From: a virus
IMG/VR virus record: IMGVR_UViG_2888103098_000001
Span: 1,566 to 65,565 of that record
Strand: one strand, 5' to 3'
Length of the DNA: 64,000 nucleotides
The notes beneath the pieces were generated by a model. It was not told the origin of the DNA. It was given only the letters and a program-made list of their open reading frames with translations, and did no database searches. Position numbers and translations under genes: made by a program. Shown here piece by piece: positions 36,029 through 44,276 of the stretch (the first letter of the stretch is position 1; each line of letters begins with the position of its first letter).

Positions 36029-36637
36029 ATGGCTTCGCTCGCGTCACGGGTGAGCGACGGCTTCGCGCGCGTCGCATCCGAGATCAAGAACAGCATCCGC
36101 CCACGGCTTCTCCCGTCAGGAGGGGGAGGGGGCATGATGCTGGTCAGGGCGAGCGATGCCGTCAATTCCTTCGGCTGGGCCATCCCCCCGCAGGGTGCGC
36201 CGCTGTCGCACTTCTGCGATGTGTCGGCCCAGAACACGACGCCCTACGGAACTGGCACCGAGAACAACGGCACCTGGCCTCGGGTGCCGATGAACCAGAA
36301 GAGCACGGACAACGACAACTGCTGGGACAGCGCCAACAATTGGTATGTCGTTCCTGAGACCGGCCTCTACCTCATCAACGCATCCTTTCGCCCACCGGAC
36401 AATGGATCCGGTCGGCAATACGAATTTGGATTTGGTGTCAACTTCGAGCAGAACGACGGACCATTCTTCCTCTGGCATTTTCGCCCGAATGCTCTGCGCT
36501 ACACGATGCACTATACGCGTATCGTGAAACTAACGGCGGGCCAGCACATCCGAATGTTCATCTACCAGGACTACCTGGTCTGGGAGCAGGTCGTGAACGC
36601 GGCCGGGCTGCAAATCGGCATGATCGCCCGGGGCTGA
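36029..36637 (+). CDS. Fibre / receptor-binding protein with C1q/TNF-like C-terminal jelly roll
   Basis: Paralogous N-terminus MASLASRVSDGF; YVVPETGLYLINAS...LTAGQHI C1q-like pattern. Confidence 0.6.
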   Translation: MASLASRVSDGFARVASEIKNSIRPRLLPSGGGGGMMLVRASDAVNSFGWAIPPQGAPLSHFCDVSAQNTTPYGTGTENNGTWPRVPMNQKSTDNDNCWDSANNWYVVPETGLYLINASFRPPDNGSGRQYEFGFGVNFEQNDGPFFLWHFRPNALRYTMHYTRIVKLTAGQHIRMFIYQDYLVWEQVVNAAGLQIGMIARG

Positions 36638-36686
36638 TGGGATCGAGCGATTGGACGAAACGGACCATCGCGACTAAGAAGTCGGG

Positions 36687-36905
36687 ATGAGCGAGACAGG
36701 AAAGATCATCCCGTTCCGTGGCCGTAAGCCGGCCCCTATGCCACCGGAGGCCGTCCGGCAGCACCCGCTGCCCTGGCGCACCGAGAATGGCTTCGTCTGG
36801 GACGCCAACGATCGGCTGGTGGGCTCCACCGTCCGGCACGAGGCGGCCGAGTGGGTCACCCGCGTGGTGAACTCGCAGCTGGAGCCGGACAAGCTCGACA
36901 GCTGA
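36687..36905 (+). CDS. Hypothetical protein, last gene of the plus arm
   Basis: 72 aa ORF; preceded by a degenerate class A site at 36652-36666. Confidence 0.5.
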   Translation: MSETGKIIPFRGRKPAPMPPEAVRQHPLPWRTENGFVWDANDRLVGSTVRHEAAEWVTRVVNSQLEPDKLDS

Positions 36906-36913
36906 AACGAAGA

Positions 36914-36935
36914 GGCCGGCGGTTTCCCGCCGGCC
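36914..36935. terminator. Hairpin between the convergent genome arms
   Basis: GGCCGGCGG-TTTC-CCGCCGGCC. Confidence 0.55.
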
Positions 36936-36941
36936 CCTGTG

Positions 36942-37187
36942 TCAGGCCTCGCTGTCCACCTCGACCCCGAGGGCGACGAGCTGGCGGTCCAGCTCGGCCA
37001 GTCGGGCCTCGAAGAACGGGACCAGGCCGGCGGCTGCCGCCTCCGCGACCTCCATCGGCTGAGCGGTGCCGTGGAAGTGGACGTTGAAGTAGGAGGTGTT
37101 CGGGTTGCGCACCGAGTGCAGCTTCGAGACCACGTCGCTGCGGTCCTTCGCCAGCTGCGAGACGGCGTAGATGTTTTCGAGCTTCAT
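36942..37187 (-). CDS. Hypothetical protein
   Basis: GGAG RBS; ATGA coupling. Confidence 0.65.
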   Translation of the reverse strand: MKLENIYAVSQLAKDRSDVVSKLHSVRNPNTSYFNVHFHGTAQPMEVAEAAAAGLVPFFEARLAELDRQLVALGVEVDSEA

Positions 37188-37474
37188 GACATCTTCTCCG
37201 TCACCAACACACCGCGCATCGGCCGGGCCGGCTTGACCGGCCCGTCGTCCACGTCGATCCCGAGCTTCTCCAGGGCCTTGGTGTTCACCAGGAGCTGGTC
37301 GTCGTAGAGCATGCGGATCGCCCGCAGGCAGGCCTGCCGGACGTTGCCCTGCGCCTAGCGCCCCTGGATCTCGACCTTGATGTCCTCGTCGCCGAGCGCG
37401 GCGGCGATGCTGGTGCGCAGCCGCTCGCGCTCCTTCAGCAGGGTGTCGAGCCCGTATCGGTCAGAGAGCTTCAT
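37184..37474 (-). pseudogene. 96-aa hypothetical gene interrupted by an in-frame TAG (37355-37357)
   Basis: MKLSDRYG...VEIQGR*AQGNVRQACL...LEKLGIDVDD...EKMS; ATGA overlaps with neighbours at both ends. Confidence 0.7.
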
Positions 37475-37959
37475 CGCGTCGCTCCCTGCGCCTTGGCCTC
37501 GGCCGCCTTGTCGGGGTTGGCCGCCCGGTTCGCCGAGAAGCTGAGACCCTGGAAGCGCTCCAGGAGCTTCGCGACGTTCTTGCGGATCACCTCCAGCACC
37601 GGCACCCGGATTGAGTTGGCGTAGAGCTGCGCGTACCAGGCCAGGTCGCCGGCTTCGTCGATCTGGTCCGCGACATCGACCTGGCCACCGCACAGGATGG
37701 TCAGCTCGTGGCGCAGGATCTCGTCCGCCTCGGTGCGCAGCCCGAGCGCCGCATGGAGCCGGGCGAGCCCGTCCTCCATGTCGATCTCTGGGTACGCGGT
37801 GGCCACCGGGCGCAGCTCGGTGACCGCCATGACGCTGTTGCGGAAGGCGGCGATCGTCGGCTTGTCCTTGCCGTAGAACAGCGCCTTCTTGGCCTGGTCG
37901 ACCAGGTCGGCGTCAGCCAGCGCTCGGAGCAGCAGCGCCCGCATCACTCGCGGCGGCAT
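37471..37959 (-). CDS. MazG-like nucleotide pyrophosphohydrolase
   Basis: LHAALGLRTEADE...DEAGDLAWY...KNVAKLLERF; start uncertain (frame open to 38073). Confidence 0.75.
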   Translation of the reverse strand: MPPRVMRALLLRALADADLVDQAKKALFYGKDKPTIAAFRNSVMAVTELRPVATAYPEIDMEDGLARLHAALGLRTEADEILRHELTILCGGQVDVADQIDEAGDLAWYAQLYANSIRVPVLEVIRKNVAKLLERFQGLSFSANRAANPDKAAEAKAQGATR

Positions 37960-38524
37960 CAGCTCCGTCTTCGGGCTTCGGCTGCACAGGCGGCTGACGA
38001 AATTCGAGTACCCGGCCGGGGAGGAGTGCGTCGCCAGGTTGTCCTGCGTAGCGGAAGCGGTCGTCATTGCCAAAACCCTTGTCGAAGAACTCGATGAGGA
38101 CCATCAAGTTGAATGCTGCGTGAGACAGGTGAGGAAGTCCGCTCTCGGGATCTAGGTCTTCACCCTCCCGGAAGCTGTCGACGTGGCGCTGGAGGCTCTC
38201 GTAGATCTCCGACCAGTTGCCGCCCTTCCGCCAGTTGTTGGCGGAATACTTGATCGCGCCGTAGGCAAGGACGGCGGCCGTATATCGGCCGAGCGATGCC
38301 GGCACGAGGCTCATGCGGAGCTTGCCGGCGTTGTGGCGCTCCATTGTACTTTTCGTACCGTCAGCTTCGGGCACAAGAAGACCGGCCATGATCTTCTCAG
38401 CGTGCTCCTGGCTGATCGAGCTGGTGTCCACCAGCTGCTTGACCCGCTCCAGGGCCGGGTCCGGGCCGCAGGTTGCGCCATCCACCGGCGGTGGCCGCAC
38501 CACGAAATCGGGTTCGTCTGACAT
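37913..38524 (-). CDS. dATP/dGTP diphosphohydrolase domain protein (DUF5664-type)
   Basis: GKLRMSLVP...VLAYGAIKYSANNWRKG...SLQRH...DPESGLPHLSHAAFNL. Confidence 0.85.
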   Translation of the reverse strand: MSDEPDFVVRPPPVDGATCGPDPALERVKQLVDTSSISQEHAEKIMAGLLVPEADGTKSTMERHNAGKLRMSLVPASLGRYTAAVLAYGAIKYSANNWRKGGNWSEIYESLQRHVDSFREGEDLDPESGLPHLSHAAFNLMVLIEFFDKGFGNDDRFRYAGQPGDALLPGRVLEFRQPPVQPKPEDGADAAASDAGAAAPSAG

Positions 38525-39102
38525 CAGCTGAGATCCTCTCTGAAGAGCTGGTAGAACCGCCTCGTCCAGGCCACGCCCGCGATGTCGGGGGTGACCGGCA
38601 CGATGTGGATGCCGAGCTTCATCTCCTCGGCGACCTCGCGGTCGGCCGGGTCCATGTGCTCGAACATGAAGAGCCGCTCGTCGTACGAGATGCGGCTGTC
38701 GGCATCCTTGATGGCCTCGAAGGCCCATGCCGGGATGCCGTAGACCTCGCCGAGCCGGGCGATCATGCAGGCGTCGGCCGCCTCGATCCCCGGGCACAGC
38801 ACCTTGATCGGCCGGGGGATTTCACCCGTCCACATCTCCGGCACGTCGTGCATGAGCGCGGCGCGCTGCCGGTGCCGGCAGTCGCCGACCAGGTGCGAGA
38901 GCAGCGTGGAGTGGGTGGCGACGCTGACGGCGCGCTCACCGGCACCGCCGAAGCGGTTCAGGCGGGACAGCGCGCGGCCGATCAGGGGCGGCGGCAGGTC
39001 GTCGGCCTCGAAGTGGTAGGCGTCGATACGCCGGCCGGAGCCGAAGTAGACCATCGGGCCCGGGAACGGGCAGGCGGGGGCAGGGGATGTCATCTGGAAC
39101 AT
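38524..39102 (-). CDS. HD-domain phosphohydrolase (YfbR/5'-deoxynucleotidase-like)
   Basis: LSRLNRFGG...SVATHS...LMHDVPEMWTGEIPRPIK...IKDAD. Confidence 0.85.
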   Translation of the reverse strand: MFQMTSPAPACPFPGPMVYFGSGRRIDAYHFEADDLPPPLIGRALSRLNRFGGAGERAVSVATHSTLLSHLVGDCRHRQRAALMHDVPEMWTGEIPRPIKVLCPGIEAADACMIARLGEVYGIPAWAFEAIKDADSRISYDERLFMFEHMDPADREVAEEMKLGIHIVPVTPDIAGVAWTRRFYQLFREDLS

Positions 39103-39425
39103 CACACCGCCCCCACGGAGAAGTACGGCCGGTGTCCGGCGGGCACCCGGCGGGGCCGGCTGTAGAGCTGGGTCCAGCCGTCCTTCGTGGTGCAGCTGAC
39201 CATCTCGTGCGTGCCGGCCTCGTAGCGCTGGCGCGCCAGGCAGATGGCGGGACGGGACCGGGCCGGCCACGGCTCGCCCACCGGCTTCGAGGCCACCAGG
39301 TAGGCCTCCCAGCCGGTCTTGGCCGGCGCCGGCTTCCCCGAGGGGCGGCGGACGTCGTCCGTTGGTGGTGGCGGGGCCGGGCTGCGCAGGCGCAGTCCCA
39401 TCTCCTGCAATCGCTGCTCGACCAC
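39102..39425 (-). CDS. Hypothetical protein
   Basis: GTG start right after the SbcC-like stop; TGATG coupling downstream. Confidence 0.55.
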   Translation of the reverse strand: MVEQRLQEMGLRLRSPAPPPPTDDVRRPSGKPAPAKTGWEAYLVASKPVGEPWPARSRPAICLARQRYEAGTHEMVSCTTKDGWTQLYSRPRRVPAGHRPYFSVGAV

Positions 39426-39426
39426 G

Positions 39427-41367
39427 TCAGTTCTCCAGCGTGATGACCCGCGCGCAGGCGGGACGCTTGTGGGTGATGACCAGGATCTGGGTGAGCTTGC
39501 CCTCCAGGGCGCAAAGCGCGTCGTGGAGGTGACCAGCCCGGTCGGCGTCCATGGACGCATCCATCTCGTCACCCATGAAGACCGGGAAGACGCCGTTGGT
39601 GAGGATGCGGCCTAGTCCCAGGCGGACAGCCAGGTTCGCGCACACCTTGCCGGAGCCCGACAGGGTGTTGAGCGGCTGACCGTCAACCTGGATCTCGAAG
39701 TCCTCGTCGACCGCGATCCGCCCGCGCGCGCCGCCGGTCATCTGGCTGAGCATGTGCGAAGCGACGCGCGAGAGCGCGGGCACGAGGTACGTCTTGGTGT
39801 CGGCGCGCAGGTCGTTCATCGCCTGCTTGCCGTTGCGCCAGCTCGCCAGCTCGCGCCGGAGATCGGTGAGCCGGTCGCGGCCCTGCGCCCAGTCGAGGAA
39901 GGAGCGCTGGTAGGTCGCGAGCTGGGCGTCGCAGATCGTGACGGCCGACAGCAGCTGCTCGGTCTGCATCAGCCGGTCCGCGGAGAACGCCTTGCGGGCG
40001 AGCGACACCGCGGTGCGGGTTGCCTTCGCCGACAGCTCCCAGGTCGCGTGGCGGGCCGCGCAGCCATCCCGGGCGGCACAGACCGCCTGGTAGGCCCGCA
40101 GCTCGCCGGTCAGCGCCTGGATCTCGGCGCGGGACATCGTGCTGACGCCCAGCTCGGCGAGCGCCTTGCGGATCTCGTCGACGTGGACGGCACTCTTGGC
40201 GTCGCGCGGGTCGTGCTTGGGCTCGGCCGCCTCGGGCGCATCGCACACCGCCGCCCAGCCTTCGGCCACCTTGCCCTGCGACCACCACCGCCGCAGTGCC
40301 TCGCGCTCGGTCTCCAGGTCACAGCGCTCGGGGAAGTCCGGGAACTGGGAGATCAGCGCCTGCAGCCGGGCGATCTCAGCGTCGGCCGTGGTGAACGGTT
40401 TCCCGCAGGGGCACAGGATCTCCGGCGTCTGCTGGAGCCGGGCCAGGTCACGGATCAGGTCGAGCCGGGTCGTCTCGTCGTCGGCCTGCTGCTGGGTGAC
40501 CTTGGGCTGGGCGAAGTAGCGGTCGACGAAGAGCTTCCGCTGCTGCCACAGGGTGTAGGCGGCCTCCTGCGTCTTGGCGGCCTCCAAGTCGAAGTCGTAG
40601 GTGCGCAGCCCGAGGACCTGGTCGGCCTTCGTCAGGGTCTCCAGCGACAGCAGGGTCGGCGCCTCGCCGACCTCGGGCACCACCGGCTCATTGGCCAGGA
40701 AGGCATCGCCCCGGGTGATGGTGTCCTGCAGCGAGCGCAGGTTGGTGATCTCTTCGCGCAGCTCGTCGGCCGGGCGGTAGCCCTCCGGCTTCTCCGGCTT
40801 CACCGGCTCCGCGCCCAGGCCCGCCTCCAGGCCGGCGATCTCGCGCGACAGGCCCAGCGCCTGCTCGGCGCACCAGGCGCCGATGGCCTCGATCTGGTCG
40901 GCGCCGATCAGCTTGTCGACCATGGCCTTCCTCTCGGTCGGCAGCATCTTCGACAGCCGCTCGGCATCGCCCTGGTTGGCGACGTTCGCCACCCGGAACA
41001 CCTCCAGGCCGTAGCCCAGGATCTGGAGGATCCGCGCGTTGACCGGCTTGGTGCCGACCGCGATCGGGTCGACGCCGTCGCCGAGTAGGGCGTTCTTGGC
41101 CGTGCGCTCGATGCGGTAGCGCTTGCCCCGGATCAGCACCGACCCGTGGGCCTTCAGGTGCTTGTAGTCGCCGACCGCGCCGCGGAGCGCCTTGTTCCCG
41201 AACAGCAAGAACTCGATCATCTCCAGGCACAGGGATTTGCCGACCTCGTTCGGGCCGACGATGCCGGTCATGCCGGTGGTGAAGTCGATGCTGCGGTCGA
41301 AGTGTCGGCCCATGGGGTAGTGATCGGTGGGCGGAAACCTAACCGTGAACGCGATTTGCTCGATCAT
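39427..41367 (-). CDS. SbcC/Rad50-like SMC ATPase (recombination nuclease subunit)
   Basis: GPNEVGKS Walker A, NQGD Q-loop, coiled coil with CPCG zinc hook, LSGSGK signature, FMGDEMD Walker B, ITHK. Confidence 0.9.
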   Translation of the reverse strand: MIEQIAFTVRFPPTDHYPMGRHFDRSIDFTTGMTGIVGPNEVGKSLCLEMIEFLLFGNKALRGAVGDYKHLKAHGSVLIRGKRYRIERTAKNALLGDGVDPIAVGTKPVNARILQILGYGLEVFRVANVANQGDAERLSKMLPTERKAMVDKLIGADQIEAIGAWCAEQALGLSREIAGLEAGLGAEPVKPEKPEGYRPADELREEITNLRSLQDTITRGDAFLANEPVVPEVGEAPTLLSLETLTKADQVLGLRTYDFDLEAAKTQEAAYTLWQQRKLFVDRYFAQPKVTQQQADDETTRLDLIRDLARLQQTPEILCPCGKPFTTADAEIARLQALISQFPDFPERCDLETEREALRRWWSQGKVAEGWAAVCDAPEAAEPKHDPRDAKSAVHVDEIRKALAELGVSTMSRAEIQALTGELRAYQAVCAARDGCAARHATWELSAKATRTAVSLARKAFSADRLMQTEQLLSAVTICDAQLATYQRSFLDWAQGRDRLTDLRRELASWRNGKQAMNDLRADTKTYLVPALSRVASHMLSQMTGGARGRIAVDEDFEIQVDGQPLNTLSGSGKVCANLAVRLGLGRILTNGVFPVFMGDEMDASMDADRAGHLHDALCALEGKLTQILVITHKRPACARVITLEN

Positions 41368-41560
41368 AGTGCGCCTGCAGGATGGGGGCTTTGTCCAGCG
41401 AGCGGAACGTGTCTTTCAGACGGTTCAACGCTTTGGTCGCGCCCAGGTCATTGTGGATCACGTCGAGCGCAGCTTCGAACTCTGCGTCTCCGCGATTGGC
41501 ATGCTTGCAGAGGAAGGACAGGAGCGCCTTCTCTTCTTCGGTGAACTGGACATCCTTCAT
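41339..41560 (-). CDS. Small hypothetical protein
   Basis: ORF between the SbcD-like and SbcC-like genes. Confidence 0.45.
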   Translation of the reverse strand: MKDVQFTEEEKALLSFLCKHANRGDAEFEAALDVIHNDLGATKALNRLKDTFRSLDKAPILQAHYDRANRVHG

Positions 41561-41588
41561 CAGGAGCCCCAGACCGACCTGATAAAAG

Positions 41589-42563
41589 TTACCCGTCACG
41601 ACCGAACACCTCGGAAAGGCGCTCGTCGATCTGAGCGCGGACCTCTGGGATGATGTCGTGGGCATCGAGCGCGTCGCGCGCGGCGGCGCGGGTGTCGAAG
41701 CCCTCCATCGAGATGTCGGCCGGAGCCTCCTCGGCCTGGTCCTTCACGCGCTCGACGTTCCAGGACAGGCAGGCCGGGGGCTCGCCATCGAACTGCTCAC
41801 CGGGGGCCAGCTGCAGCCGGACGACGGTGTTCGCGAGGTCGCCGGCAGCCTCCAGCTCGGCCAGCGTCAGGGTGGCATATCGGATATGGCCCTGGCCGCC
41901 GTCCTCACCCTGGGCGTAGGGCTGCATGCTCCCCACGACTTCCACCTGGACACCATCCCGTTTGAAGAGGGAGGGCAGATGGACGTGCCCGGTGTAGGCC
42001 TCGGTGATCCCGGCGGCGGCCAGCGCCTTGGTGGGGATCAGGTTGTGGGTGGCCGTCCGGGGATCGACGTCCCAGTGGCCGTAGGCGGTGGTGCAGCCCT
42101 GCTCCCGGATGAACCAGGACGCCTTCTCCACCATGGCCTCGGCCGTCTCGATCGGATCCCAGGGGAACAGAGCGAAGTGCGGCCCGACGATCGGGCTGAT
42201 CACCGGGGTGATGTTCGGGATGCCTTCAACCAGCTCGACGAACAGGTCCCAGGCGGTGACCTCGTCGAGGTCCCGGCTGTCGTCGTGGTTGCCCTGGAGG
42301 ATGTAGTAGGTGGTGCCGGGGTTCAGCTCGGCCGCCGTGCGGTAGGCGCGGTAGGCGAACAGCACGGTGGCGTAGTCGACCTGCGGCGCATCGAAGAGGT
42401 CGCCCATGGTGATGTGCGCGGCATAGCCGTCGAACGACAGGTGCCGGTTCAGGTCGGCACGGACGAGCGCCTCGCGCTCGCCACGGCGATCGAGGGGCAC
42501 GCCCTTGGTGAAGCGGCGACCCAGATGCGGGTCGCCGAGGCGATAGATCTGATGGGGGTTCAT
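41589..42563 (-). CDS. SbcD/Mre11-like metallophosphoesterase nuclease
   Basis: GDPHLG, GDLFD, GNHD, GHVH motifs. Confidence 0.92.
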   Translation of the reverse strand: MNPHQIYRLGDPHLGRRFTKGVPLDRRGEREALVRADLNRHLSFDGYAAHITMGDLFDAPQVDYATVLFAYRAYRTAAELNPGTTYYILQGNHDDSRDLDEVTAWDLFVELVEGIPNITPVISPIVGPHFALFPWDPIETAEAMVEKASWFIREQGCTTAYGHWDVDPRTATHNLIPTKALAAAGITEAYTGHVHLPSLFKRDGVQVEVVGSMQPYAQGEDGGQGHIRYATLTLAELEAAGDLANTVVRLQLAPGEQFDGEPPACLSWNVERVKDQAEEAPADISMEGFDTRAAARDALDAHDIIPEVRAQIDERLSEVFGRDG

Positions 42564-43216
42564 GCTGCGAAGACCGCGCGGATCTGATAGAGGCAGTCGT
42601 GCAGCGCGTTGTGGGCGTCCCCGACCGGCTCAATGGTTTTCCAGAAGTCGCGACGGTTCTCATGCCCCCGGCCCAGCAAGTAGCTGTTCAGGTCGATCGC
42701 CTCGCGATAGTGAAACGGCTGCATCAGACCGTACTGACGGAAGTACGATGCGATGAAGTTGTAGTCGAACGTCGTTGGCTTGCCCCAGAATGCTCGGGGG
42801 CACAGGCTGGAACCATCAGCGACCCAGTTCCAGAACGCCTTGATCACGATCTCCGGCGGCTCAGCGCGCGAGAGGATGCCGCGCAGCACGTCGGGCTTCC
42901 CCATCCACCAGTCGCGGGTGTCCTCGGCCCAGTACCGGCCGGGCGGGACGTGCAGCGCGCGGTCGAAGAAGTTGTGGTCGATCTCCTTGGTGTGCCGGTT
43001 GAAGCGCACGGCGGCGATCTGGATGAGCGCGTTCTCCCCCGGGTTGGTCCCGGTGGTCTCCACGTCGATCATGTAGTCGAACATCGGCGCGCCCGGCTGC
43101 GGCTGGAAGGCCGCCCGGTCCTTGCGCTCCACCGGCACCTCGTAGGCGCCGACCTGAACCAGCTCGGTGCTCACCACCTGGGGCGGCTTCCCGCGGGGGT
43201 CTGCTCCGTCGTACAT
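42560..43216 (-). CDS. DEDD 3'-5' exonuclease
   Basis: IDVETTG...FDY...HNALHDC. Confidence 0.85.
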   Translation of the reverse strand: MYDGADPRGKPPQVVSTELVQVGAYEVPVERKDRAAFQPQPGAPMFDYMIDVETTGTNPGENALIQIAAVRFNRHTKEIDHNFFDRALHVPPGRYWAEDTRDWWMGKPDVLRGILSRAEPPEIVIKAFWNWVADGSSLCPRAFWGKPTTFDYNFIASYFRQYGLMQPFHYREAIDLNSYLLGRGHENRRDFWKTIEPVGDAHNALHDCLYQIRAVFAA

Positions 43217-43629
43217 TGGAAGGCCCTCATCTCGTCCCAGGACAGCGACTTGCGCCCGGTGTCAGCTTCGTGGGCCCGGATCCGAGACATGGCGAGCAGA
43301 TACCAGTCGTCGGTCTCCAGGCGGTGGACCAGCACCAAGTATCCGCCGCCAGCCGCCACGATGCGGGCGCCGTGAGCATTCTGCCCCTTCTTGAGGAGCT
43401 TGAACTCGAACAGCGATGGGTGCTGGGTCGACTTGACTTCGCAGAAGAAGGTCTGACCTTTCACTGCGCAGATGTAATCCGATGGTGTGGCGTCCACACC
43501 GGCTCCAACCCGTCCTGTCAGACCCCGGATCGCCGCAGCGTCCTTGATCCGGTAGAAGTAGCCCTGCTTGCCGAGCGCCGTGAGGGACTGCTCGAAGCGG
43601 GCCTCGGTTGGCTTGCCTGTGTTCTTCAT
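43171..43629 (-). CDS. RecU-like Holliday junction resolvase (PD-(D/E)xK)
   Basis: TPSDYI...FFCEVKST; start ATG 43629, 3 nt from a class A operator. Confidence 0.8.
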   Translation of the reverse strand: MKNTGKPTEARFEQSLTALGKQGYFYRIKDAAAIRGLTGRVGAGVDATPSDYICAVKGQTFFCEVKSTQHPSLFEFKLLKKGQNAHGARIVAAGGGYLVLVHRLETDDWYLLAMSRIRAHEADTGRKSLSWDEMRAFQCTTEQTPAGSRPRW

Positions 43630-43632
43630 GAT

Positions 43633-43647
43633 GGTACGTTTCGTACC
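43633..43647. promoter_or_regulatory. Class A operator, perfect copy
   Basis: GGTACGTTTCGTACC immediately upstream of the resolvase start codon. Confidence 0.8.
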
Positions 43648-43870
43648 TAATGCGCTCGACATCAGCAAGACGTCCAAGACCCTTTTTCGCCTTTTGGCGA
43701 CCCTGTCGTCGTTCAGACTGCCCTTCGCCGCGTCCGATCGTTTGCGCGGCCTGAACGGGGAGGGTTGCCCAAAAGCATCATTCGCACGGCGAGCGAATTT
43801 CAACCAAAGGTAGATGTGGCGCACTATCTAGTTGCATGGTAAATAGGAAATATATGAAGCAATCGTAGCA

Positions 43871-44203
43871 GTGAGCAGCGCAGTGAACTCGGAAATTGTA
43901 AGCAATCAGACAGACAGACTGGAATTCCAGTTAGCCAGACTTTCAAAGATCCTTGATGTTCCCATAAGTCGGTTTCATTCACCTCTTCTAAAGAATTTGT
44001 ATCCGCAAGAAAAAACAACAGAAGCAGAAAACTTGTTGGCGCTGATTGAAGCATATCTCAATATTAATGATGCATCTGCACGAATGTTAACAATAAATAT
44101 GGTTCGATCCCTCGGCCGTATTCCTAGACAAGAGAAGAAAATGGTCAATGAATGCGATCATATCGATGAGCTAAACTCGCAATCCATCGACCACATCGCT
44201 TAG
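43871..44203 (+). CDS. AT-rich moron; resembles the C-terminal part of alphaproteobacterial XRE regulators
   Basis: LARLSKILDVPISRF...LLALIEAYLNINDASARMLTINMVRSL; antisense to flanking genes; low GC. Confidence 0.55.
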   Translation: MSSAVNSEIVSNQTDRLEFQLARLSKILDVPISRFHSPLLKNLYPQEKTTEAENLLALIEAYLNINDASARMLTINMVRSLGRIPRQEKKMVNECDHIDELNSQSIDHIA

Positions 44204-44276
44204 CGTATTGCTGCCATTCAGCACCATGGAGCGTTCTCAACGGTCGGCATTGCGGCGTCGATCGGGTCCGGTGTGT

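Noticed and set aside
24810-36637. Diversity-generating retroelement targeting the fibres
   Set aside because: No reverse transcriptase gene and no template/variable repeat pair seen in the window
7539-37357. Genome-wide TAG reassignment (genetic code 15)
   Set aside because: Only two internal TAGs were seen. TAG is the evident true stop of terL, MCP, the holin-like gene, the helicase and HNH genes, with tight downstream junctions.
37471-39102. 2-aminoadenine (Z) genome
   Set aside because: No PurZ/PurA-like gene in the window; these hydrolases occur widely without Z. Kept only as a low-weight hypothesis.
43630-43824. 65-aa N-terminal extension of the resolvase given by the ORF track
   Set aside because: Atypical composition; it runs through the operator and an AT-rich intergenic region; the nuclease domain starts at MKNTGK (43629)
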